From Macrostomum lignano (taxonomy: Eukaryota): DNA of 64,000 bases. The translations under genes were made by a program, and so were the position numbers. Below the pieces are notes generated by a model, which worked only from the letters and a program-made list of their open reading frames with translations, had not been told where the DNA came from and made no database searches. Position 1 is the first letter of the stretch. Each line of letters opens with the position of its first letter. Location of the stretch: the NCBI GenBank assembly GCA_002269645.1, contig NIVC01001765.1, positions 1-64,000 on the forward strand, given 5' to 3'. Shown here piece by piece: positions 40,001 through 51,700 of this stretch.

Positions 40001-43000
40001 AACGGTACTTTTCTACCGTGACCGCTCTCGATGAGAACGGACTCTCTGTTTCGGTATCATCTGATGGGTTCATACTGGACTTGGATAATCCGTCTACAGG
40101 ATTGGTGTTCAATAGTATTGGTAAGTTGCCTATGTCAACCCAACGTTATTTATCTAAACTATTTATAGTATTATCCTAAACAAGTTCAATCAAGATAAAC
40201 AATTTCTCACAGGTCACAGCAACTCAAAGTACTCCAGCGACCAAACGACTCTGTCATGCAGTTGGCACAGCTTCTTTGATCGAGAATCCTACATCAAGTC
40301 GTACTCTGCTTGCATTACTTCCAGCACTGATGCCAGCAAATGCGACATCGCCGACTGGAAGAATGTTAAGTTCGAGCAGAGAGCTACTTGGAAAGGACCT
40401 TGGCATCATGGAAGCACCTATTTCTGCCGTGCAAAGGCGGTCGACGCGGCAAATCGCAGCTCAGAGTCAATCACTTCTCCTGGAGTGACTATCGACACGA
40501 CACCGGCTATTGCGGCCAACCGCATTGGACACCGGCCGATTAATGTCGGTAACCCGAGCTTCGAAGAAGGAGCGCTCCGACCTCCGAGCTCAGCGCCACT
40601 CAGCCACATAGTTCTAGCTGGACTCGAGTCTGTTTCGCCACGCTGGACTTTGCAAGATGGTCGAGCGATCGCAGTCCGCATTGGACATTCCATGGCCGTG
40701 GACGGAGAATCTGTGCTGCTGCTGTTCGGTCGGGTATCGCAGACTTTGACAACCGAAGCTGGACGTCGATATCGGATGCAACTGTTTGCGTCTCATCTTC
40801 CCGTCTCTGACCCGCTTTCAGTTACGGTCGGCGGTCTCGTCTCGGGTCCGGGAATGCTGCAGACGTTCCGGTTGTTCACCGATCTAGGCGGAGTGAGCTC
40901 CGGTGTAGAGTGGCACAAGCAGATATTCTACTTTACTGCCGAGTCAGCGGAATCAACCGTTTCCATTGAGTCTCTGTCACCTCACACCGGTCTGGGTGAG
41001 TTTCCTCTCCTTAGTCATTTGTTTCATTTGTTTTGCTTATGCTTTAGTTTTTGCCCCTTTACAAAGAGTTTAATATCAATCTTCAGCCATCGACATGGTC
41101 TCAGTATCCGTGCTCAACGTGGGAATTTCTGACTACAACTCAACGGCTGCACCCGTTCATGTGGACTCGGTGAGCGTCAGAGACAGCGGCACTGTGCACG
41201 CCAGTTGGGACGTCTCTGATTCCGAGAGTGGCATCAGCGAAGTTCTATGGGCCATCGGAACAGTTCGTGGTGGGACGCAGCTTCTGCCGTTTACTCAGCT
41301 CGGACCGGCCAACGAGGCAAAGGCGGATGTGAGGCTCACTCACGGAATCAATGTCTACGTGTCGGTGCTGGCTATCAACGGTGCCGGAATTCCGCGACTC
41401 TTCCACTCGCAACCCGACCTGATCGACTTGACTCCACCGGCCTTTGACTTTGTGCATGACGGAAGCTCAAGCGCTGGCCACACCGATCTGCAGGAAAATG
41501 CGCGCGAGCTGTCCGTTCGATTCGGAGTCGAGGATCCGGAGTCGGGTCTGAGCGAGTGCTTCTGGTGCTCGGGAACTTCTGCAGCAACCTGCGACGTAGC
41601 GGAGTATGTGAAGCTGGCACAGGGCCAGCTGTCAGCAACACGGCTCATCAACGAGCCCGAGAAGCTTCTCGGCCAGCGAGTGTTCAGCTTGGTGAGGTGC
41701 TCGAACGGAGTCGGACTGGTGACTACAGGGTGAGTCACAGTCGGTTCAGAGGTGCATCGCAGCAGGATGACATGCTCAAAACTCGAATACCATTTCAGCG
41801 TATCAGCAGGCGTGCTCATCTACAACGGAGCTCCCGATGCGGCACACGTGAAGCTGCGACTGCTCAGCACCTCTGTCACGCCATTCGGTCAAACGAATTC
41901 CGTGCTCGGTAACGCCACAGACCTGCAGCTGAGCTGGAGCGGCTTCACCGATCGAATTCCGATTCGGGACTACGATATTCGACTGAGAGAAGTGACTCGA
42001 AACGCTGCAGTGCCGGACTGGACTCGGGTGAAGGGCGCCTTCGTTCAGGCGGCAGCTTTGCACGGTCTGTCGCTAGCGAGCGGGCAGCGCTACCGAGCTG
42101 AGGTGCGAGCCGTGAACGCTCTGGGGAAGCTGAGCAGCATTGTTGAGCGCGAGTTCTCGGTGGACTCGCAGTTTCCAGCGCTGACTGGTAAGAGTGGACA
42201 TTGTGACTTGTTTTCAATTCCGAGTTCGACCCGAAACGCAACCGGGAACCCAAATGCAACTACAAACCCGAATGCAGCCACAAACCTAAGTGCAACCACA
42301 AACCCAAATGCAAGCACAAACCCAAATGCAACCACAAATTTAAATGCAACCACAAACCTAAGTGCAACCACAATTTTTATTAGAGGCAGGGGGGTTTTGT
42401 GCACCCTGGCGCACTTTAAGCGACATAGGCACACAACCGGCGAGAGGCATTACGGCCCATTCCGCCGACTCCCCTGAGCAGGCATACAAGCGCGCGGATG
42501 CGTACGCAGGCAGACACTCACACAGGAGTGTACAGCGGCCCTAACTTTATTTTATCGTTAGGCATGTACACTTTACTGCGCCTTAGGGGGTTGGCCTTCA
42601 AGGCCGTTAATTACACAAGCAGAGCCAAGCCGAGATTCCAATTCAGCCCCAAATTAATGTGACTGCACTTGGAATCGAACCTGGGTCGCTGGCACACCAG
42701 AGCAGCCGCGCTACCGCTGGGCTACGGCCCTCCAAGTGCAACCACAAACCCAATTGCAAGCACAAACCTAATCCGCAAACCGCACCACAGGCAGGCAGTG
42801 GCAAGTCAGCTTCGACCCCGCTAAGCGCCAGCTGCTGTTGGACTGGTCCGGGATGTTCCGCTCCGACAGCTCGCTGTTGTTCGAAGTGACGGTCGAGACC
42901 AAGCCGGCAGCTGGCGACCTTCAGCGCTGGCTGGAGACCCGCGAGCCGAGTCTGCTGCTGAAGGCCATCGACCCGGGCAAGCAGAGGCTGTTCGTCAGGC

Positions 43001-43059
43001 TTTCGGCCATTAGCGAGGCCGGCCTGGCTTCGTCCGTCTACCGGGAGGTGCTTGTTTAG
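31022..43059 (+). CDS. Giant FN3/Ig-like repeat protein gene, copy 3 (5' exons missing at the gap; ends ...SSVYREVLV*)
   Basis: Reverse complement of copy 1 (from about 9184) and of copy 2; 31022 aligns to 60811 in copy 4; last exon 42791-43059. Confidence 0.88.
42374..42733 (-). mobile_element. tRNA-derived SINE (360 bp) inserted in the 18-bp minisatellite of the last intron of copy 3
   Basis: Perfect 14-bp TSD AAGTGCAACCACAA (42360-42373 and 42734-42747); on the minus strand A-box TAGCCCAGCGG (42724-42714), B-box GGTTCGATTCC (42681-42671) and 3' end TAATAAAAA; absent from copy 2. Confidence 0.9.
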
Positions 43060-43413
43060 CTGACTCTGGACAGGCCAATTTGACATTTGACGTTGACTTT
43101 TCGGTGCACTTTTGATTCTTTGTAAACAAGTCGATTTTTACGTTTAACACTTGTAACTTCGAATTTAAATGAACAAAGCCGTGGGTGCACACATGAAAAC
43201 AATTAATTTTTTTAGAAAGCTTCGAACAAAAGCAAACAAGGCTAAAAAGACCGATGTGGCATGAAGCACAGACCTGTACGCCCCCATTTTGATTGTCGCT
43301 TCCATGGATGAAAGAATACTATGAATTGCTTATCTGAAAAATTCTATGGACAATGTAGCTGATCGAAACTTGTAATTTAACCCGTAGGAATCTATTAGCT
43401 GATTAAAGTTAAA

Positions 43414-43836
43414 AACAATCCCTCCGTAAGACTCGATTTGCTGTTCAATCAGTCTGTCAGATGCATCTTTGGACTCCTAGCAGTCAGTAAAGAGCATCGG
43501 GCTGTCGATGATGCAGATTCAACAGCAAATATTATCATAATTGGAGATTATTATGGTATTCTTGCGGAAGTAAATTCCAAGTTTCGATGAGCCAAATTGA
43601 CCACAGATTATTTCATAAGAGCAATCCATAGATACGTTGATGTTAATAGTAGATTGTACATGTACGAGTATATGCATGGTTTTGGAGGTAAAAATGATGA
43701 ATAATTATTGTGCCTAAGTTCAGTGAAGCCACAAAAGTTTTTTAAATATCGGAATCATTTTCTATGGCAAAACCATATGCACAAGCAAATTTTCTCACGA
43801 ATGTATTTTAGAAGCCTTAAATGACGTTTTCGAAGC
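43414..43836. other. 423-bp AT-rich segment present only in the right arm, flanked by a GTTAAA direct repeat
   Basis: The left arm reads (reverse complement) gattaaaGTTAAAgaatgagc with one copy; the right arm has GTTAAA at 43408-43413 and 43837-43842. No TIRs seen. Confidence 0.65.
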
Positions 43837-45255
43837 GTTAAAGAATGAGCGCCTGAGGAGCGAAGATAAAGTCGAGGTTCACCTCAATACCCAAAATAAA
43901 CCACTTTGCTGATTTAAAAAATAATCAATTGAAACTTTCAAATGTACCGCCTTCTTAAAACTGCCTATCGAATAACGCGGATATTGTGTTTAACGCCTTG
44001 AAAATCTCTCAACGGAAGACAGAAACGACTCACAAAAAATCTTGGACTGATTTGAATTTCTTAGTCAAAACGCGGTTAAACTGGTTGAGGCTATCAGTCT
44101 GGGGAGCATTGCACACGGACAGACTTATACTCAGCAACATCGAAAAGTTGCCATCACAGAAGATTCCATCTGTGGTCGCCACTTTTGAGAGTGCAGGTAA
44201 AGTCTCTCAATCTTTGCGAGTGACGCAACTCAGCTACACTGCGGCAGACTTGAGTTGAGGAATGAAGTGAGGGGAGCGGTGTGCGAGGGTTGGACGGATT
44301 AAAGCTACCCCGATCAGTTTTCTCGCATCTTTTATTTCAGAATAGTCCAACAGAAAGTTCTCACTGGCGCATAGAGTGACGACTTTTCAATGTTGCAATT
44401 AGAGATTTAGTACCAGAAATCAGCGCCCACCGTTAAGAAGCTTACAAGGGATGAAATAAAAATTATTGACTAAACTACATGTAGCTTCTGACCTTTCAGT
44501 CTTGGCATCTCATCAATCTCCCCATTCCCCCATTAGCCTGTACATCGCAGCCATCATCGCCGTAAGCCTTGACACCTCAGCAGTTCCGCTGAGTCCTGAC
44601 ATCTCAGCAATCCCCCGTAAGCCTTGGCATCTTAACAGTTCTCCCCAAGAGTCACGGCATTACAGCAATCCCCCGAGAATCGACATCTTAGCAGTTACTA
44701 ATGAATCGGTAATATTCAAAGCGACGCTTCTTTTATTTTAATCTGACGCTTCTATTTCTTATTCATTTTGTTGATTTTTATTTTAAAAAAGCTTTAAATA
44801 AGAACTGATTTTACAACTAAGATTCGAACCCGGTCGCTGTATTAACATCTAGTTGATGACATGGACTGTGGAACTTATAATTCGACACTCACACCAAATC
44901 GGTTAAAGTTTAAAGTCATGCAAAGCAGTTATGATGTAATCGATTTCTGAGTCAATCAATATCAGTGTCACATAAAAGTTAACAATATGGTTACGCAATC
45001 TCAATCAAATGTTTTCCACAGTGACCCAATTCAATTTAGAGTCACATTCAGCCAGTATACTGACGATAATAAAGCCTGTTATGGTTGACTGTTCTTTTTA
45101 GTCAGAGATTATGTCGATGCTCCAGGAAGCCAGCCAACGGGCAGGGTGTCAGAATGCCATAAACTACGAGCTACTTGCTGACGATGCAAACCGCCGTAAT
45201 TTCAAACATGGGGCCATCAATTGTCGACCAGGGCTATACTATCGATATCAACAAA

Positions 45256-46653
45256 CAGGGGCGTCGCCATGGATTTTACGGTGGAGGGACAAAGCAAAGA
45301 ATTTTACATGTACATGACATGACTAAATTCCTCCATGTAGAATATTTTGAAAATCGGTGTTGTCAGCGCTCAATTTAGCGCCGCAGGCACTCATTTTAGC
45401 GCCACAGGCACTCATTTTAGCTCCACAGGGACTCATTTTAGCGCCACAGGCACTCATTTTAGCGCCACAGGCACTCATTTTAGCTCCACAGGGACTCATT
45501 TTAGCGCCGCAGGCACTCATTTTAGCGCCGCAGGCACTCATTTTAGCGCCGCAGGCACTCATTTTAGCGCCACAGGCACTCATTTTAGCGCCGCAGGCAC
45601 TCATTTTAGCGAAACAGGCACTCATTTTAGCGCCGCAGGCACTCATTTTAGCGCCGCAGGCACTCATTTTAGCGCCGCAGGCACTCATTTTAGCGCCGCA
45701 GGCACTAATTTTAGCGAAACAGGCACTCATTTTAGCGCCGCAGGCACTCATTTTAGCGCCGCAGGCACTCATTTTAGCTCCACAGGCACTCATTTTAGCG
45801 CCGCAGGCACTCATTTTAGCGCCGCAGGCACTCATTTTAGCGAAACAGGCACTCATTTTAGCGCCGCAGACACTCATTTTAGCTCCACAGGCACTCATTT
45901 TAGCGCCACAGGCACTCATTTTAGCGAAACAGGCACTCATTTTAGCGCCGCAGACACTCATTTTAGCTCCACAGGCACTCATTTTAGCGCCACAGGCACT
46001 CATTTTAGCGAAACAGGCACTCATTTTAGCGCCACAGGCACTCATTTTAGCGAAACAGGCACTCATTTTAGCGCCACAGGCACTCATTTTAGCGCCACAG
46101 ACACTCATTTTAGCGCCACAGGCACTCATTTTAGCGCCGCAGGCACTCATTTTAGCGCCGCAGGCACTCATTTTAGCTCCACAGGCACTCATTTTAGCGC
46201 CGCAGGCACTCATTTTAGCGCCGCAGGCACTCATTTTGGCGCCGCAGGCACTCATTTTAGCGCCGCAGACACTCATTTTAGCTCCACAGGCACTCATTTT
46301 AGCGCCACAGGCACTCATTTTAGCGCCACAGACACTCATTTTAGCGCCACAGGCACTCATTTTAGCGCCGCAGGCACTCATTTTAGCGCCACAGGCACTC
46401 ATTTTAGCGCCACAGGCACTCATTTTAGCGCCACAGGCACTCATTTTAGCGCCGCAGGCACTCATTTTAGCGCCGCAGGCACTCATTTTAGCTCATTATA
46501 GGTGCTATATTTAAGCGCCCTGAAACATAATTATTGCGCTCTCCACAACAGGTCACAAGGTGGATGGAGGAGGGCAAAGCATTGTCATGTCCCCATAGCT
46601 TTTACTGGGGGGGGGGACATTTCCCCCTTGTCCCCCCGGTGGCGACGCCCTTG
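45256..46653. mobile_element. Mirror copy of the hAT-like MITE with a massively expanded 21-bp minisatellite
   Basis: TIRs CAGGGGCGTCGCCA (45256-45269) and TGGCGACGCCCTTG (46640-46653); flanks TCAACAAA and TGAACAAG. Confidence 0.72.
45371..46494. repeat. 21-bp minisatellite (GGCACTCATTTTAGCGCCRCA, ~53 units)
   Basis: Directly visible; recurrent variant units (..AGCTCC.., ..GAAACAG.., ..CAGACAC..). Confidence 0.97.
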
Positions 46654-48148
46654 TGAACAAGTTTATGCTTCATTTTTATTCAATCTTAATTCATTCAAAA
46701 ATACTCCATTCGTTAATCAATCGAGAACTGGATAAGAAAATTTACGAATGAATAAAGACTTGCACATATCAAACAAAAGGTCCTATTGCTTGAATATATT
46801 TATTTTTACTGATCAATACAAAAATATTCATATCTCTCTCTCAGTCTCTCCTGTTCCCCGGTCTCTCCCAATTTCTTCACGTTTCTTAAAATCTTTCCCA
46901 GTCTCTTCTTAATCTCTCTTAATCTCTCACAAGCTCTCCGCAGTCTCTCTCATTTTTTTCAGTTCCTTCCAAAAAACTTTCCCAGTGTTTCAAGTCTCTG
47001 AAAAGTCTCTGGTCACCTACTTTGCTGCAAGCTGTATTCAAGGTCTCCATTACTCTAGCCTTACAGCTGCGACCAATTAGTGGGATCGGCTGAAAGTTCA
47101 TTAAGTTTTTAGAACTTACTTTTAGGTCTTCCAGTCTGCTAGTTGTGCGTATTTTTTGTGAAAATACATGATAAAATAAAATCGATCATTGAATATCCCA
47201 AATAGACAAATTTTGTACCAGTTAACCATGCGTTTTCCAATTTGGTAGGTATTATCTCAATTAGCCCAAATAAGTTATCAAAATTACCAACCAAGTTATT
47301 ATCTTGATTACAATGCTAATTAAAAAAATGGATTCCTATAGTACTCATAGGTAAGCCGCCTCAAAGCCCAGACTAAAGTGTGCAATGGTGTGCAAGTGTT
47401 CCCAGCGCGGGATGCCAGTGGCGTAACTTGCAGTTGCAATCGGATCGGAGAGAAATGGCTGACTAGATCACGGTCAGGGTGAATACTTTTTAATGTCCAG
47501 CAGTATACATGTATACATTAATAGATATGTAGATAGGTCTTATTATTTGTAAAGTTTTAAAGTTGAGCTAATTTGTTGTTGGATACGTACTATCAATATC
47601 CTCGATTTTTACGTTAAGATCTTATCGGTTGCTAAATGAATTCCGTCATTTTTTGCGTCGATCCTGTCGCTTTTTAAACAATCATTGAGCAATTTTCGCC
47701 TATCTTACCACCATTTAGATCAATCTTGGCACCGCTTAGACCCTTGTTGGGACGCCAATTTCTATGCAGCTAAAATATTTAAACTTTATTTTTATTACGC
47801 ATCCTTTTTAGCGCCTGCGCAGTGTAATTCGTTATCGCAATATAAACTGGCTTGGAACATCATAACTTGTTTTAATCAACTCTCTTAAGACATAGGCTAG
47901 GGATACAGGAGCATACAAAGGCTCAGTTTTGTAATTTTTGCGAGCGTATGTTCAACCGATAACGTTATCAGTTTGACTAAGCCAAAGCTCAAAAGCAGGA
48001 GCTAACATTTTTTTGCGTTAGAGAAATAAAGTTCTCAAAGAAGTTAGGAAAGTTGTAGCTCAAAATTTGGCAATACTGTTTAAATACTATTATAAACATT
48101 AATTATTAGTCTCATTTTAGTTGCCAGGACTATCGATTGCCAAATGTC

Positions 48149-48315
48149 ATGCTAATGACTAAAGTGGTTCTAGTCGCCTTTCTGATCCGGTGAGGCTTGA
48201 TAAGCTGGAGTGATTTTTTAATCAAGATATTTTTCATTCTTAGTATACTTCACTTCAACCAATACCGGTACGCTTAATTAGTTTATATAGTAAGTTAGTT
48301 AGTTAGTCAGTTAGC

Positions 48316-48350
<35 letters not shown>

Positions 48351-48697
48351 CTAGTTAGTTAGTTAGTTAATTAGTCAGTTAGCTAGTTAGTTAGTTAGTT
48401 AATTAGTCAGTTAGCTAGTTAGTTAGTTAGTTAGTTAGTGTCGTGTAGCTACAAGTATGTGCATGCACTCAGTACGAGTATTTGTACTTTCCTATTATTT
48501 CTTTCTCTATTATTATCTACGCAAGCTTGGCACGTTAGGTTTGAGTTATTGCTATTTGAGTTATGGGCAAATTGTGTACGCTTAAATTATGCCATCACTC
48601 TCGCGCACGTAGCATCGCTTTACAATATAAATACAGACATCAGAGCTCTCTCGTAGTCTTCAACCACTTTAAACAAGCAGCATAGCTGATTTACTAC

Positions 48698-48734
<37 letters not shown>

Positions 48735-51700
48735 TTTAGTTAGTTAGTTAGTTAGTTAGTTAGTCAGTTAGTCAGTTAGTCAGTCAGTTGCACGCCATCG
48801 CAAATGCTTTTCACAGCGGCTGTCTTGGCTTCAGTGCGACAGAAAGTCTGTTTGACATCGGTGGAGATGACCTCAACTTTGTCAGTTCGCCAGTGTCAAT
48901 GCAAGACAATTTTCAATTCACTGAGACCGACATCCTCGAGGAGCTGTACAATACGACTCGAGTGACCAAGCGGTCCACTCGATCTAACCTGTGCACCTAT
49001 CAGAGAAGCGAGACGCAATATTATCGATCGTAAGCACGAACACTACTTTGCTTTTCCTACTACTATTTTTTCTAGCCTTTTCACTGACTCTGCTTTCGTT
49101 GCCTTTACACCAAACAGACGGAGCAGGTTGGGGCGGAGGAGGCAGAAGTCTCGAACTATTATAGTTAATTATCAGGACTGCTGTCCCGGTTGGGGTCGCT
49201 ACGCTGGAGAGCCGTCCTGTTTACGCGGTGAGTTGCACCAACGAGTAGAATATTCACTTAATTAAAATTAAATATTTACGGTTTTAAGTTTTGGTTTCGT
49301 TCTGAAGACTTTCCTTTACGTCTGTGGCTATCAAAACTTGACCTACATGTACGAGCATTCAACATCAGACGTAAAACTTTCATGATGACCTTGACCCAAC
49401 CATTAAACAATAATGTTAGGCTTATGTGGGCATCGCTGAGATGTCAAGGGGGTAATTGATATGTTAAGGCTTGTGGGGGGAATCCTCTATGTAGGGATGA
49501 CAAGAAGAACAATGAGAGATACAATGAGCCAACAACAGGTCAAATATTAACAGAAGTCGTTACTTCGGGGTCAGCGCACTTTCTCACCCCCAACAACTCG
49601 ATTGCAAATTTTGTCACCATTGCCTCGTAACAAAATCAAACTAAGGGAAGAAATCTGGATAAAAAACTGAGGACTGACAAACTGCCGGGTACGAACATCA
49701 GAGTGGACAACCATCTTCTCCGACCCATCCTTCTGGTCCTTCATTTTCACCCATCTTCTGTCTGGCTCGCCAACGAGATTGCTAAAAACTTTTGTAAGAC
49801 CGTGGGTTGAGTTGCAGTGAATAACAAAACGTGAGGAGACCTCACTGGCTCACGCCAATATATTTATTGCCAAAGTTAGGGTGGGTGTAACCACCCTAAG
49901 CACACACGCTGCAGCGCTAAACCCCAACCCCCAAACCAGCCAGACGTGCACATCTAAGTGCACGCGCACCAACAAGCCAGACTACACTAATTTCCCCCTA
50001 GAAGCAAAAGACAGTTACCGAGTCAAGCAAGTCCGCCATGTACAAGTCAGGTGGCCGCCGCTCTCTCGCCGACCTCCGCGGAACCGTGACCGGCTCGGCC
50101 GGTGCCGCCGGTGGCTCCTCTGGTGCCTCGTCTGCCTGCAGCTCGGGCCAGAAGGTCACCGCGTCGCCGCCAGGATCGGCTGCCTGCCCGGGCGGCTCTG
50201 CGGCGGTGCCGTCGTTGTCGTAGTCGGCGGCCGGCTCCAGTGACGCCCGCCGCTGCACGAAGCGCTTGAGACGGTTGTGGTGCACCACCAGCCGGCGCCT
50301 GCGGCCGGTCTCGTCCTGGATGCGGTAATTGACCTCGCCCAGGCGCCTCAGGACTGTACGGCCCCTTCCACTTGGCGCTCAGGCACCGCGTCTGGCTGCG
50401 CTTGATGACTGAGTTGCGCAGCATCACGAGCTGGCCCTCTTCGAACGGTACGAACCGAGAGTCCTGGTTGGCCAGCCGGTTGCGCTCGACCTGGGCGCTC
50501 CGCGATCGGCCGTGCACCGTGTCGAAGGCGCTCTGCAGATTCTCCTGAGTCCTCCGCAGGAAGCCGTGATGTCCACAGTCGGCTGCCGGCCGGTCGCCAC
50601 TTATCAGCCAGCTGTCAAGAGCCAGCCTCGGTGGCCAGCCGTAGAGGACCTGGTACGGACTGAGGCCGTTGGTGCTGTGCACGGAGGTGTTGTAGGCCCA
50701 GGCCACATACTGCAGCTTGCTGTCCCAATCCTGCTGGTTCTCCGCTGCTCGCCAGCATGTCGCCGATGGTCCGGTTTCCTCGCTCGACGATTCCCGATTC
50801 CGTTGCCGCTCGGATAAAACGGTGACGTGCGCGTCTTCTCGACGCCCAGCTGCTCACAGAGCCGGCTGAAGACCTCGCTCTCGAATTGCCGTCCCTGGTC
50901 ACTGTGCAGCACCCGAAGAGCGCCGTGACGCAGAACCACCAACTTGAGCAGGGCATCCGCCACCGTCACCGCGATGATCACCGCCAGGGCTGACGTCTCC
51001 ATCCACTTGGAGAAGGCGTCGCGCATGCTCAGAATGTACGTCTTGCTATCAGTCGTACGCGGAAGCGGCCCTTTGATGTCGATCTGCACCAGCTGCCACG
51101 GAGCCGTCGGCTGGCACGTCGACTGCAGCGGCGCCTTCTGCGGCTTGGTTAGACTTTTCTTGGCCAGGCAGACCGCGCAGCTGGCCACCCAGTTCTCGAC
51201 GTCCCGTCGCAGACCAGGCCACCAGCAGCGCTCAGACAACCTCACCCTGGTCCTGTCGACGTCGAGATGTCCGCTCTGGTCGCACGAGTGCGCCTGCTGC
51301 AGGAAATGTGGCCGCAGGTGATTACTGGCCGGCCACTCACCAGCAGGACACCCGCCGAGCTCACCGAGGCCTCGTCCAGCAGCTCGCGAACCTGCGCCGC
51401 CCATGAATCGGACAGGCTGTCAATCCCTTCGGTCAGCGCCTGGAACGCCTTGCTCAGCAATGGGTCTTGCAGTTGCTCCTCGTGCAGGCGGCTGTCGTCC
51501 CACCGAGGCAGTGGCCGGTGGTCCGAGTAGACTCTGAAGCTCGGGAAACACAGCAGGTACGTCCTGAAGTGCTTCAGACTCCACACCAGCGCCAACAGCT
51601 CGCGGTCTTGACTTACTTGACTTAGCTGCAGGGCTGTCCCGGAGGGGACACAGCGGGAAGGCGCGAGCGCCCATTCCGCTAGTCCCTGAACGGCCGACGC

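Noticed and set aside
45323-46514. Three ~385-aa ORFs (MSACGAK, AGTHFSA and LILAPQA repeats)
   Set aside because: They arise because the 21-bp unit is a multiple of 3 and stop-free in several frames. The array sits inside a MITE, and the left-arm version contains 20-bp frame-breaking units.
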